A stretch of DNA of 64,000 nucleotides from Vicinamibacterales bacterium (GTDB lineage Bacteria; Acidobacteriota; Vicinamibacteria; Vicinamibacterales; JAMQPK01): NCBI GenBank assembly GCA_963761975.1, contig CAVXIR010000002.1, positions 1,477,912-1,541,911 of the forward strand, written 5' to 3'. A program made the position numbers and the translations under genes. The notes beneath the pieces were generated by a model, which saw only the letters and a list, made by a program, of their open reading frames with translations, had not been told where the DNA came from and made no database searches. Shown here one piece after another: positions 19,450 to 29,741 of this stretch (position 1 is its first letter; every line of letters begins with the position of its first letter).

Positions 19450-19455
19450 TATAAT
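19450..19455 (+). promoter_or_regulatory. Possible -10 box (TATAAT) for tRNA-Leu
   Basis: A perfect TATAAT ends 28 nt upstream of the tRNA 5' end. No good -35 was seen. Confidence 0.3.
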
Positions 19456-19483
19456 GTTGTTCCTGCCCTCGAGGATCTCCACT

Positions 19484-19570
19484 GCGGAAGTGGCGGAACT
19501 GGCAGACGCGCTAGCCTCAGGAGCTAGTGGGCGCAAGCTCATCGGGGTTCAAATCCCCGCTTCCGCACCA
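19484..19570 (+). tRNA. tRNA-Leu (anticodon CAG), CCA encoded
   Basis: Acceptor stem GCGGAAG/CTTCCGC. Anticodon stem CTAGC/GCTAG with loop CTCAGGA. Long variable arm. T-arm CGGGG-TTCAAAT-CCCCG. 3' ACCA. Confidence 0.95.
19514..19570 (+). repeat. attL core (57 bp, 3' part of tRNA-Leu from the anticodon loop to CCA)
   Basis: Identical by eye to 42041-42097. Its last 20 nt also recur at 47806-47825. Confidence 0.85.
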
Positions 19571-19850
19571 TCAACCAAACCCGTCGTGACGGCTCTTTCT
19601 GAGGTTTCTCGTCCGCTTTTGATATAGGTAGCGGGGGCGCTCCACGTTCGCTTGTGCGACGTGTGTGCGACTTTGCTGTAGGCACGAGAGAGCCGTCTGA
19701 TCAGGAATCAGAAATTACACCTCAGCTAGACGCGTCTTCGCGAGGAGGACCGTTTGGCATATGCTGCGGGCCTCTGGGTTGGCAAAAATACGGCCAGCTA
19801 GGATTCGGCGCTCCCGAACCCACGAGACGGCGAAATCCTGGACCAACGCG

Positions 19851-21866
19851 ATGCCTGACCACAACTATTTTGCGAATTTGATCTGGCAGATTGCCGACCT
19901 GCTGCGCGGCCCATATCGTCCGCCTCAGTACGAGCGGGTCATGTTGCCCATGACGGTCTTACGCCGGTTCGACTGTGTGCTCGCGCCCAACAAGGCCAAG
20001 GTGGTGACCGAATACGAACGATCCAAGGACAAGTTCAAGGGCGATGCTCTTGACGCAAGGCTGAATAAGGCTGCCGGCCACCGCTTCCACAATCATTCGG
20101 CACTCGATTTCGAAAGGCTCAAGGGCGACCCGGATCACATCGCGCAGCACTTGGTGAGCTACATAAAGGGATTCTCCGGTAACGTGCGTCGGATCTTCGA
20201 GTACTTCGAATTCGAGAATGAGATCGAGAAGATGCGAGAGGCGAACATCCTATATCTCGTTGTCTCAAAGTTCTGCGACGTGGATCTGACTCCGAGCGAT
20301 GATCCCACGACGGGCGTTCCGAACTATCAGATGGGGCTTATCTTCGAAAACCTCATCCGCCGCTTCAACGAACTCGCAAACGAGACGGCGGGCGATCACT
20401 TCACACCGCGAGAAGTTATCCGTCTTATGGTGAGCGTCCTTTTCATGCACGACGACAAGCTGCTCGCCACTCCCGGCACCATCCGCAAGCTCCTAGACCC
20501 CGCCTGCGGTACGGGTGGCATGCTGGCTGAGGCCCAAAATTACCTGCGCGAGCACCACAGCGCTGCACGTCTTTACGTTTACGGACAGGACTACAACAAG
20601 CGCGCATTCGCTACCGCGGCCTCCGACATGCTGATGAAGCAGGTCGACCGCAACGAAGGCGAAAACAAGATCCGTTTCGGCGACAGCCTGATCAGCGATC
20701 CGAAAGAAGGCGACCAGTTCGCGGGGGAAACCTTCGACTACTTTCTCACCAACCCGCCCTTTGGTGTGGACTGGAAAAAGCAGCAGAAGGAGATCGAGCG
20801 CGAACACGACAAGCTCGGGTTCACGGGCCGCTTCGGCGCTGGATTGCCGCGCATAAACGACGGCTCGCTTCTCTTCCTGCAGCACATGATCGCCAAGTTT
20901 GAACCGGTGCGCCCGGCTGAGCACAAGCACGGCTCGCGCCTGGCGATCGTGTTCTCGGGCTCGCCCCTTTTCACGGGCGGCGCCGGTTCAGGCGAGAGCG
21001 ACATCCGGAAATGGATCATCGAGAACGATTGGCTCGAGGCTGTTATCGCCCTTCCGGAGCAGATGTTCTACAACACAGGAATCGGCACCTACGTTTGGAT
21101 TGTCACCAATCACAAGGAGAAGCGCCGCAAGGGCCGGATCCAGCTTCTCGACGCGCGCGAGTTCTGGACGGCTGGTGGGAGCCAGGAGAGCAAGCGCAGT
21201 CTGGGTGACAAGCGTCGACACATTACTGGGGCTCAAATCGATGACATCGTACGGCTCTACGGTCGCCTAGAAGAGACCGAGCGCTCGAAGACGTTCGACA
21301 CTGCCGATTTTGGTTACACAAGGGTGACCGTCGAGCGTCCGCTGCGCCTGCGTTACAGAATGACCACCGATGGCAAGGCGCGTTTCCTCGACGCCTGTCC
21401 GCACTTGCTCGACGACATACAGGACATTGACACGGTGCTCGGCCGTGAGCCTTTATGCGATTGGAACGCTGCCTGGGTGCGCATCCAGGAAGTACTGCGT
21501 GCTCGTCGCTCGCGTTGGAAGGCGACCGAACTGAAGCTTTTCCGCAGCGTCTTCACCGAGAAGGCCCCAGAGGCCGAGCCCGTCCTGAGAGGCGGGCGCG
21601 GCGAGGGTTACGAACCCGATGCCGAACTGCGGGACTTCGAGAATGTGCCACTCAAGACCGACATCGACACCTATTTCGAGCGGGAGGTGCGCCCCCACGT
21701 GCTCGACGCGTGGATAGATCGTAGTAAGGACAAGCTAGGCTACGAGATCAACTTCAACCGGCAGTTCTATCTGTATACGCCCCCGCGTCCGCTGGAGGCG
21801 ATCGATGCAGATCTGAAGAATGCGGAGGAAGAGATCGTGCGGTTATTGCGGGAGGTGACGAAGTGA
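19851..21866 (+). CDS. hsdM: type I restriction-modification system, N6-adenine DNA methyltransferase subunit M
   Basis: ATG at 19851. HsdM N-terminal region (IWQIADLLRG). SAM motif LDPACGTGGML. Catalytic FLTNPPFG. Confidence 0.95.
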   Translation: MPDHNYFANLIWQIADLLRGPYRPPQYERVMLPMTVLRRFDCVLAPNKAKVVTEYERSKDKFKGDALDARLNKAAGHRFHNHSALDFERLKGDPDHIAQHLVSYIKGFSGNVRRIFEYFEFENEIEKMREANILYLVVSKFCDVDLTPSDDPTTGVPNYQMGLIFENLIRRFNELANETAGDHFTPREVIRLMVSVLFMHDDKLLATPGTIRKLLDPACGTGGMLAEAQNYLREHHSAARLYVYGQDYNKRAFATAASDMLMKQVDRNEGENKIRFGDSLISDPKEGDQFAGETFDYFLTNPPFGVDWKKQQKEIEREHDKLGFTGRFGAGLPRINDGSLLFLQHMIAKFEPVRPAEHKHGSRLAIVFSGSPLFTGGAGSGESDIRKWIIENDWLEAVIALPEQMFYNTGIGTYVWIVTNHKEKRRKGRIQLLDAREFWTAGGSQESKRSLGDKRRHITGAQIDDIVRLYGRLEETERSKTFDTADFGYTRVTVERPLRLRYRMTTDGKARFLDACPHLLDDIQDIDTVLGREPLCDWNAAWVRIQEVLRARRSRWKATELKLFRSVFTEKAPEAEPVLRGGRGEGYEPDAELRDFENVPLKTDIDTYFEREVRPHVLDAWIDRSKDKLGYEINFNRQFYLYTPPRPLEAIDADLKNAEEEIVRLLREVTK

Positions 21867-23152
21867 ACGAGCGGACCGACCTTCCGTCGGGGTGGGCCAA
21901 TCCGCCCGTGTACGCACGCTATTCCGTGCAGCTTGGGAAGATGCTTGATGAAAAACGAATCATCGGAACGCACCTCGCTCCATACCTGAGAAATGTGGAC
22001 GTGCAGTGGGATGGAGTGAACACCCACGATCTACCATTGATGGATTTCACCGAGGAGGATCGCGAGCGCTACAACCTGCGAAAAGGTGACCTACTGGTCT
22101 GTGAAGGTGGCGAAGTGGGGCGTACGGCTGTATGGAAAGGCGAACTGGCAGAATGCTTTTTTCAGAAGGCGATCCACCGTTTGAGGCCGACAAGCGATCG
22201 CGATGACCCTCGATTCTTTCGATACTTTATGCGGATGTCGGTCGATCGCGGGGATTTTGCTCTAAGCACGGCAAGCACTATCCAGCACCTCACAGCTGAA
22301 AAGCTTCGCGTGGTCAGATACCCCGCTCCGCCGGCGGGTCAACAGCGGGCGATCGCCGACTACCTCGACCGCGAGACCGCGAGGCTAGATGCGCTAGTCG
22401 CGGCAAAGGAGCGCCTGCTTGGATTCTTGGCCGAGAAGCGCCGGGTGCTTATCACCCGCGCCGTAACCCGCGGTCTCGAGACGAACTTTCCACTCCGCAA
22501 TTCGGGGAATCCATGGCTGGGCGAGATTCCGGCGCACTGGCAAAGCGGGTGTATTCGAAGGTTCGCAACGATGAAGACGGGGCATACGCCAGATCGAAAC
22601 CAAGCCGAGTACTGGCGCGATTGCGATATCCCTTGGTTCACACTAGCGGATGTGTGGCAATTGCGCGACGACCGTGAGATTTATTTGCGTGAAACGAAGG
22701 AGCGCATCAGCCAACTTGGGCTTGCTAATTCTGCCGCTGAGCTTCTGCCCACAGGAACCGTCGTGTTCTCTCGCACGGCTTCGATCGGCTTCTCCGGTAT
22801 CATGCCGCAACCTATGGCAACAACGCAGGACTTTTGGAACTGGATACCGGGTCCCAAGCTCTCCTCTGAGTACTTGCTTTACGTGTTTCGAGCTATGCGA
22901 CCGGAGTTCGAGCGTCTCGCATTCGGATCCACGCATCGGACAATCTATCAACCGGAGGCAGCAGGTTTGAGACTCGCGATCCCTCCGCTTACCGAGCAGC
23001 ACGAAATCGTCCGACACATTAGTACATCAACGGCTCACCTCGACGAGATCATTTCCGCGACAGAGCGGACTATCTCCCTCATTCAGGAGCGCCGTACGGC
23101 CCTTGTCGTCGCTGCCGTGACAGGTCAGATTGACGTGGCGGCAGCGGCATGA
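21863..23152 (+). CDS. hsdS: type I restriction-modification system, specificity subunit S
   Basis: GTGA overlap with hsdM. Two-TRD architecture with a central conserved helix (QQRAIADYLDRETARLDAL) and a C-terminal repeat (EQHEIVRHIST...LIQERRTALV). Confidence 0.9.
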   Translation: MNERTDLPSGWANPPVYARYSVQLGKMLDEKRIIGTHLAPYLRNVDVQWDGVNTHDLPLMDFTEEDRERYNLRKGDLLVCEGGEVGRTAVWKGELAECFFQKAIHRLRPTSDRDDPRFFRYFMRMSVDRGDFALSTASTIQHLTAEKLRVVRYPAPPAGQQRAIADYLDRETARLDALVAAKERLLGFLAEKRRVLITRAVTRGLETNFPLRNSGNPWLGEIPAHWQSGCIRRFATMKTGHTPDRNQAEYWRDCDIPWFTLADVWQLRDDREIYLRETKERISQLGLANSAAELLPTGTVVFSRTASIGFSGIMPQPMATTQDFWNWIPGPKLSSEYLLYVFRAMRPEFERLAFGSTHRTIYQPEAAGLRLAIPPLTEQHEIVRHISTSTAHLDEIISATERTISLIQERRTALVVAAVTGQIDVAAAA

Positions 23153-24402
23153 TTGTGACGCGCTGCAAGCTCGCGAACGTGCGCGCCATAGAAGCGGCCG
23201 AGTTTCGTTTCCATGCGGGTTTCAACCTCATCGTCGGCGTCAACGGTGTCGGCAAGACGAGCGTGCTCGATGCGTTGGGCGTGTGCCTTTCCGCAGTAAC
23301 GAAGCAGGTCAACAGCCTTCGGGGTCGGATCCACTCCCTCACGCACGATGACATCCGAATAGGCGCCAAAGCGTTAACAATAGAATGCAGTGTCAGCATC
23401 GGCGAGCGGGAAAGCACATACCTACTACACAAGCCCCGAGAGACAAGCGTTCCGCAACGCATGAAGGCGGGGATACCGCGAGAACAGGTCCACGACACAC
23501 CCGAGAGGGCGGAGTTCCTCGGCGAGGCGCCGGCCCCAGTGCCGGGCACGGAACCCGGCGGCCGCCCATTGGCCGTGCTGTTCTCTACCAATCGGGCTGT
23601 GCCGTCCGAGCGGGCGCCGGGACAGAGTGTGGCCGCCGGCGGGATCGCTGCCGCCTTCGCCGATGCCTTCGCGAAGCGGGAGCTGCGCCTCGGTGAGTTC
23701 GGGGCGTGGATGCGCGTGCAAGAGTCGCTTCGGATGGAGCGGCGCGCTGCGGCACACGCGCTCGCGGCATTCGGCGATGCTGTGACGCGTTTCCTCCCCG
23801 ACTACAGCAATCTGAGATTGGCTGGTGGCGACGGGCGGCAGCTCTGGATCGACAGAGGCAGCACGGCGATTCCGGTCCGACAACTCTCAGACGGTGAGCG
23901 GGGTACCCTCGCGCTGGTGTTAGACCTGACCCGCAGGTTGGCACAAGCCAACCCTGGACTCGCTGATCCGGCGGCCGAGGCCGGCGCGATTGTGTTGATC
24001 GATGAGGTCGATCTGCACTTGCACCCGAAGTGGCAGCGGCAGATCGTCCACAGCCTGGCCGCAACCTTTCCGCTTTGCCAGTTCATCGCGACGACCCATT
24101 CCCCACAAGTAATCGGAGAAGTCGAGCCCGAGCGGATACAAATCATCGCGGACAGTCAAGTTTACTCGCCGACGCACTCCTACGGCGTGGATTCAAGTCG
24201 TGTGTTAGAAGAGGTGATGCACTCCGACCCTAGGGCAAAAGAGGTCGGGGACTTGCTTTTGGAGATCTCCCACGTAATTGACAAACGGCAGTTCGTTCGT
24301 GCGCGGGAATTGCTGGCCGAGATCGTCGCGCAACTCGGTGAGACCGATCCCGAGGTGACTCGGATCAGCACTCTTCTCGATTTCGTAGAGGGGAAGGAAT
24401 GA
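23149..24402 (+). CDS. ptuA: ABC/AAA_15-21-type ATPase, Septu PtuA-like
   Basis: ATGA overlap with hsdS. Walker A GVNGVGKTS, LSDGERG signature-like motif, Walker B VLIDEVDLHLHP, H-loop TTHSPQV. Confidence 0.65.
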   Translation: MIVTRCKLANVRAIEAAEFRFHAGFNLIVGVNGVGKTSVLDALGVCLSAVTKQVNSLRGRIHSLTHDDIRIGAKALTIECSVSIGERESTYLLHKPRETSVPQRMKAGIPREQVHDTPERAEFLGEAPAPVPGTEPGGRPLAVLFSTNRAVPSERAPGQSVAAGGIAAAFADAFAKRELRLGEFGAWMRVQESLRMERRAAAHALAAFGDAVTRFLPDYSNLRLAGGDGRQLWIDRGSTAIPVRQLSDGERGTLALVLDLTRRLAQANPGLADPAAEAGAIVLIDEVDLHLHPKWQRQIVHSLAATFPLCQFIATTHSPQVIGEVEPERIQIIADSQVYSPTHSYGVDSSRVLEEVMHSDPRAKEVGDLLLEISHVIDKRQFVRARELLAEIVAQLGETDPEVTRISTLLDFVEGKE

Positions 24403-25049
24403 GGGCGATCGTTAAGGGTGCAGAGCCCGCGAGCCTCGCTACGCATCGGCAGGCACCTCATTGCGACTACGACAATTACGACGATAAGGCTGCGCTGAGA
24501 TATGCCCTTGTGGGCGAGCAGCGCGGGATCTGCTGCTACTGCATGGGGCGCATCCGCAACCACCCAACCATGATGAAAGTCGAGCACTGGCGGTGCCAGA
24601 GTAACCATGAAACAGAGCAGCTCAATTACCTCAACCTACTCGGCGCGTGCCCAGGTGGGGACGGGAAGCCACAGCACCTCCAGCACTGTGACACGAGGAA
24701 AGCCGACCGCGATATCAAATGGAACCCAGCCGATCCCTCACACTACATCGAAACGCGACTGCGCTATGAACTCGACGGAAGCATTCAATCCGACGACGCC
24801 GACTTCGACACGCAGCTTAACGACCTGCTGAATCTCAACCTCGCAATTCTCAGGAACAATCGGAAGGGCGTCCTCGCTGCCGTTCTCCAGTGGTGGCGGC
24901 ATGAGAAAGCGAGGATTGGTGGGGCGGTCCCCCGCGATCGCTTCGAGCGCGAGCGCGCGCGACGAACGAGGGGGGCTGGAGAACTCGAGCCGTTCAGTCA
25001 GGTCGCGGTTTGGTGGCTCGAGCAGCGGCTGGCGAGAATGAACGTATGA
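24399..25049 (+). CDS. ptuB: HNH-type nuclease-like protein (TIGR02646-like), Septu PtuB-like
   Basis: ATGA overlaps on both sides. GICCYCMGRI...KVEHWRCQS...LNYLNLLGACPG...HCDTRKA matches the Cys/His/Asn pattern of that family. Confidence 0.65.
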   Translation: MRAIVKGAEPASLATHRQAPHCDYDNYDDKAALRYALVGEQRGICCYCMGRIRNHPTMMKVEHWRCQSNHETEQLNYLNLLGACPGGDGKPQHLQHCDTRKADRDIKWNPADPSHYIETRLRYELDGSIQSDDADFDTQLNDLLNLNLAILRNNRKGVLAAVLQWWRHEKARIGGAVPRDRFERERARRTRGAGELEPFSQVAVWWLEQRLARMNV

Positions 25050-28000
25050 AGGATACCCGCCATTCCGAAGGGGCCTTCGAGACTGTCATCGAAGCCAACC
25101 TGCTGGGACATGGATACACTCGAATCGACCGTGAGACGTTCGACCGGGAGCGCGCGATTTTCCCGGAAACCGTCTTGGACTTCATTCGCAAGACGCAGCC
25201 CGGCGAGTGGGCGAAGCTGGAGGCCCTACACGGCGCCAGAACGGGCGAGCAAGTGCTCGCGGACCTGTGCAAGTGGATGGACACGAATGGGTCATTGTCC
25301 ACGTTGCGGCACGGGTTCAAGTGTTACGGCCGGCCGCTTCGGATCGCTTTCTTCAAGGCGGCACATGAGCTAAATCAGGAGCTTGAGGCCCGATATGCGG
25401 CGAACTGCTTGGGGCTGACCCGCCAGCTCCGCTTTTCAACCCGGTCAGAGAAGTCACTCGATGTTACGCTCAGCTTGAACGGCATTCCTATCGCGACAGT
25501 CGAGCTAAAGAACCATCTTACAGGCCAGACCGTGGAGGATGCTCTCAGCCAATACAAGCGCGACCGCGACCCCCGAGAGACGATCTTCGAGTTTAAGCGG
25601 CGCACCCTCGTGCACTTCGCCGTCGATACCGAGGCCGTGCGCATGACGACGCGACTGGCCGGTAACGCGACACACTTTCTGCCCTTCGACAGAGGTAGTG
25701 AAGGCGGCGCCGGGAATCCACCGGATCCTGCTGGTCGCACGTACCGCACGGGCTATCTCTGGGAGGAGGCGCTGCAACGCGACAGCCTGCTCGACATCCT
25801 GGCCCGCTTCATCCACCTTCAGATCGAAGAGAAGCGTGACGACCAAGGTCGCAAGGTGAAAGTCGAGAGCATGATTTTTCCGCGGTACCACCAACTTGAT
25901 GCCGTGAGACGGCTGGTCGACGCGGCTCGCACCGAGGGTGTGGGGCATAACTACCTCGTCGAGCACTCGGCCGGCAGCGGCAAGAGTAATACGATTGGCT
26001 GGCTCGCGCACCGGCTGGCCTCCCTGCATGACGCCGTCAATCAGCGCGTCTTTAATAGCGTGATCGTCGTCACGGACCGCGTTGTATTGGACCAACAGCT
26101 CCAGGACACGATTTACCAGTTCGAGCACAAGAGAGGGGTAGTACAGAAGATCGACGAGCGATCCCGACAGCTCGCAGAGGCCCTAGAGAACGCAGTGCCG
26201 GTCATCATCACCACGCTGCAAAAGTTCCCCTTCGTCTCGCGCCAGTTGCTGAAGATGGCCGAAGAGCGCGGCGAGCATGGGAGCGGAACGCTGCCCACAC
26301 GGCGCTGTGCGGTGATCGTTGACGAGGCCCACAGCTCGCAGAGTGGTGAAGCGGCGACGGATCTCAAGGAGGTTCTCGGCGGCGAGGAATTGCTCGAAGA
26401 GGCACGCAAGCGCGCCGCCGAAGAGCAACGCGATAACCTGGAGGAGCTCTTCCGCAGCATGGCGAAGCGCGGGCGACAGTCGAACCTGAGCTTCTTCGCG
26501 TTCACCGCCACACCTAAGCACAAGACGCTCGCCGTGTTCGGCCGTAGCGGCGAGCCGATCCACCGCTACACCATGCGTCAAGCTATCGAGGAAGGCTTCA
26601 TCCTCGATGTGCTCAAGCACTACACGAGCTACGCAACCTACTACAAGCTGCTAAGGGCCTCCGAGGACGATCCCAATGTCGAGCGCAAGAAGGCAGCAAT
26701 AGCACTCGCGCGCTTTTTACGGCTGCACCCGCACAACATCGCGCAGAAGACGGAGGTCATGGTCGAGCACTTCCAGGCCGTTACCCGCCACAAAATTGGC
26801 GGCAGGGCGAAGGCGATGGCCGTCACGGGATCGCGGTTAGAGGCGGTGCGGTACAAGCAGAGCTTCGACCGTTACATCAAGGAGAAGGGTTATGCCATCA
26901 AGACGCTCGTCGCTTTTTCTGGCGCGGTGCAGGATGACAAAATTCCGGATATGGCATACACCGAAGAGAAAATGAATCTCGGCATCCGGGAGAAGGAGCT
27001 TCCTGAGAAATTCGCGACACAGGAATATCAGGTGTTGCTCGTTGCCGAGAAGTACCAGACTGGCTTCGACCAGCCCCTTCTGCACACGATGTACGTTGAC
27101 AAGCGCCTGGCGGGAATTCAAGCCGTGCAGACCCTCTCACGGCTCAACCGGACGCATCCTCTCAAGGAGGATACGTTCGTGCTCGATTTCGTGAACGACC
27201 GGGAAGAGATCCGTGAGGCGTTTAAGGTGTACTACGAAGGGGCGGTCATGGGCGAGGAGGTCGATCCCGCCCGGATGTACGCAATTGAGGGCGAGCTCGA
27301 CGCATCGGGCGTTTATCTGGACGAGGAAGTGGAGCGGTTCTGCGCTGTGTACTTCAAGCCGAAGCAGCGGCAAAGCCCACAGGATCACCAGGGGATGAAC
27401 GCGGCGCTCGATCCAGCCGTCTCGCGGTTCGGCGTCTTGCAGAATGAGAAGGAGGATGAGGCAGAGCTATGGCGAGGTAAGGTGCAGGCGTTCCGGAACT
27501 TGTACGGCTTCCTGAGTCAGATCATTCCGTACCAGGACTCCGACCTTGAACGGCTGTTTGTATTCCTTCGCCATCTGGCGGCGAAGTTGCCGCGCCGCCG
27601 GAGCGGCCCCGCTTACCAGTTCGACGACGAGGTACGCCTTGAGTATTACCGTCTGCAGAAGATCAGTGAGGGCTCGATTTCCCTCAAGAATGGCTATGCG
27701 CAGCCACTGGACGGCCCGAAAGAGGTAGGGTCCGGCTTCGTCCGTGAGGATGCAGTGCCGCTCTCGCAATTGATCGAGGTAGTCAACGAGCGCTTTGGTA
27801 CTGACTTCAACCAAGCAGACCAACTCTTCTTCGATCAAATCGTTGAAGCCGCGGTGACCGACGACGGATTACGTCAGGCAGCTGCTGTAAATCCGGAGGA
27901 GAAGTTTGAACTGGTATTTCGAAATCTGTTGGAGCAGCTGTTCGTCGAACGCATGGATCAGAATGAGGAGATTTTCGTCCGGTATATGAACGACGCATCT

Positions 28001-28087
28001 TTCAGGGAGATCGTGAGTAGGTGGATGGCATCGGAAGCATACCAACGCCTAAGCGCCAATTCAGAAGCAACTTACCGTAAGGTGTGA
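25046..28087 (+). CDS. hsdR: type I restriction endonuclease subunit R
   Basis: ATG at 25046. N-terminal nuclease region. Helicase motif I HSAGSGKSNT and motif II VIVDEAHSSQSG. Later motifs FTATP, LLVAEKYQTGFDQP and QTLSRLNR. Confidence 0.95.
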   Translation: MKDTRHSEGAFETVIEANLLGHGYTRIDRETFDRERAIFPETVLDFIRKTQPGEWAKLEALHGARTGEQVLADLCKWMDTNGSLSTLRHGFKCYGRPLRIAFFKAAHELNQELEARYAANCLGLTRQLRFSTRSEKSLDVTLSLNGIPIATVELKNHLTGQTVEDALSQYKRDRDPRETIFEFKRRTLVHFAVDTEAVRMTTRLAGNATHFLPFDRGSEGGAGNPPDPAGRTYRTGYLWEEALQRDSLLDILARFIHLQIEEKRDDQGRKVKVESMIFPRYHQLDAVRRLVDAARTEGVGHNYLVEHSAGSGKSNTIGWLAHRLASLHDAVNQRVFNSVIVVTDRVVLDQQLQDTIYQFEHKRGVVQKIDERSRQLAEALENAVPVIITTLQKFPFVSRQLLKMAEERGEHGSGTLPTRRCAVIVDEAHSSQSGEAATDLKEVLGGEELLEEARKRAAEEQRDNLEELFRSMAKRGRQSNLSFFAFTATPKHKTLAVFGRSGEPIHRYTMRQAIEEGFILDVLKHYTSYATYYKLLRASEDDPNVERKKAAIALARFLRLHPHNIAQKTEVMVEHFQAVTRHKIGGRAKAMAVTGSRLEAVRYKQSFDRYIKEKGYAIKTLVAFSGAVQDDKIPDMAYTEEKMNLGIREKELPEKFATQEYQVLLVAEKYQTGFDQPLLHTMYVDKRLAGIQAVQTLSRLNRTHPLKEDTFVLDFVNDREEIREAFKVYYEGAVMGEEVDPARMYAIEGELDASGVYLDEEVERFCAVYFKPKQRQSPQDHQGMNAALDPAVSRFGVLQNEKEDEAELWRGKVQAFRNLYGFLSQIIPYQDSDLERLFVFLRHLAAKLPRRRSGPAYQFDDEVRLEYYRLQKISEGSISLKNGYAQPLDGPKEVGSGFVREDAVPLSQLIEVVNERFGTDFNQADQLFFDQIVEAAVTDDGLRQAAAVNPEEKFELVFRNLLEQLFVERMDQNEEIFVRYMNDASFREIVSRWMASEAYQRLSANSEATYRKV

Positions 28088-28156
28088 TCGGGTTCTCTGC
28101 ATCTGTCGGTCGTTGCGCGAGGCCGACATTCGAACCTCTCTGACGCGATCAGGAGG

Positions 28157-29365
28157 TTAGCTGGTTACGTGGACAGATCGTGCGGCCTCGAATCGTTCGA
28201 GCACCGCCTGTCTGCGTATTCCACTCGTTGCGAGATATCGGCTGGTTGTGACGACGTTCGTGTGTCCGACCCAGTCGCTGACGTCGTGCAGCGAAACGCC
28301 TGGCGTCTCCAAAAGCCGCGAGGCGAACTCCCGTCTGAGATCATGAAAGTGCAAGCCAACGATCCCGGCCATGCGCCGGCATTCATCCCAATCTTCGCGA
28401 ATCGACTCGCGCTTCTCCCCGATTTCGTCGCCGAATACGTATGAGCCAGCTCCAAACTCATTTCCGGAGGGATCGTGCTTCCTAGTCTCAAGCACTGCTC
28501 TCAGTCGCGAGGTAAGCGGAACCGCGCGTGCTTCATTCGTCTTCGTCTTGCCTGCCGGTAGCAGGATGATGTTCTCCTCGCGTTTAACTTGACCCCATTG
28601 GAGCGAGAGCAGTTCGCCGAGACGACAGCCTGTTTCAAGCGCCGCAACGATGATGGCCTTCAAATCGGGTGTCGCGTTTGCTAGAAGCTTCTCCTCCTCA
28701 CCGGCTTCCAGCCGCCGCGATCGAGGCGCCTCGGCCGATGAGTTCAGCTTCACGACGGTCACGCCATGCCGCTTAAAGGGTGTCGATTCTGTATAGCCCT
28801 CGGCGATCGCCCATGAGAACAGATGCCGCAGTCGCGACAGCAGCCGATTTGTGCCGACCTCGCCGCCCTTCGCGCGCGGCTTGTGGACACGCGACGCCTT
28901 CCTGAGTTCCTCGACGTCAGCCTTCGTGATCTCGGTAAGCGGACGTTCCTCGAATTTCACTTTGCCGAATGGTCCAGCGGGAATCTCGATGTTACGCAGT
29001 CGCCGAACCATCAGCTCCATCATGACGCGACCACCTTCCCGGCGCGTCGGAATCCTGACGTGCTGCTCGAGGTAGATGTCGGCGAGACGACCGAACGTCA
29101 TCGGACCGGCTACAGTCTGTTCTACCAGCTGACCCGCAAATTTGCCCGATCGAATCTGACTACGAAAGTTGTCTCGGTACCCCTCAGCTTCGGTCTTGCC
29201 CATCACGTACTCGGGCGGCTTGCCTGCAGCCTCGTTCAGTTGGAATCGGTACTCGCGGCCTCGGAATTTATAGAAGAAGTGCCAGGGATGACTGCACTTC
29301 GACCACTTCCTCCAGCCACATGGGCAGCGTTTCCGGATATTGTGGCAACGATGGGTATGTCTCAT
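28157..29365 (-). CDS. int: tyrosine-type site-specific integrase
   Basis: 402 aa. Contains ETGCRLGELLSL (catalytic Arg), HFHDLRREFASRL (HxxR) and GHTNVVTTSRYL (Tyr). Confidence 0.9.
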   Translation of the reverse strand: MRHTHRCHNIRKRCPCGWRKWSKCSHPWHFFYKFRGREYRFQLNEAAGKPPEYVMGKTEAEGYRDNFRSQIRSGKFAGQLVEQTVAGPMTFGRLADIYLEQHVRIPTRREGGRVMMELMVRRLRNIEIPAGPFGKVKFEERPLTEITKADVEELRKASRVHKPRAKGGEVGTNRLLSRLRHLFSWAIAEGYTESTPFKRHGVTVVKLNSSAEAPRSRRLEAGEEEKLLANATPDLKAIIVAALETGCRLGELLSLQWGQVKREENIILLPAGKTKTNEARAVPLTSRLRAVLETRKHDPSGNEFGAGSYVFGDEIGEKRESIREDWDECRRMAGIVGLHFHDLRREFASRLLETPGVSLHDVSDWVGHTNVVTTSRYLATSGIRRQAVLERFEAARSVHVTS

Positions 29366-29741
29366 GGCATCATCCGCACGCGCGATTCAATTTCCAGTAA
29401 AACATGGCGAATATGTGGCGCACAATTTATCGTCCGAATATGTTTTAACCCTCTGAACGATCTGCGCCGCCATCTGAATCTCCCACAGTCAAAAGTCGCG
29501 CACGAGAGGGCTTCGGTTTGTCCTCGGAACTCACGGAGCGAGCCAGCGAAGGTATAGACCGCACCTAGATCGTCCGTGGCCTCCGGAGGCAAGTCGAAGG
29601 CGCCGTGTGACCCATCACGGGAGACGATCTCGATAGATGGTCGCTGGTATAGTGCAGACCGTCGCACGTGTGCGACTTCAGTTGTTCGGAACTCCCGTCA
29701 GAACGGTGCAGGCTTGCGTTCCGCACTAGCTGCACACGCTA

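Noticed and set aside
28088-28156. ttcgaacc / gaggccgacattcgaacctc between hsdR and int, considered as a tRNA T-arm remnant or a second att site.
   Set aside because: The flanks do not form a T-stem, and there is no match to the 57-bp tRNA-Leu repeat. It is only a weak 6-bp hairpin (tgtcgg...ccgaca).
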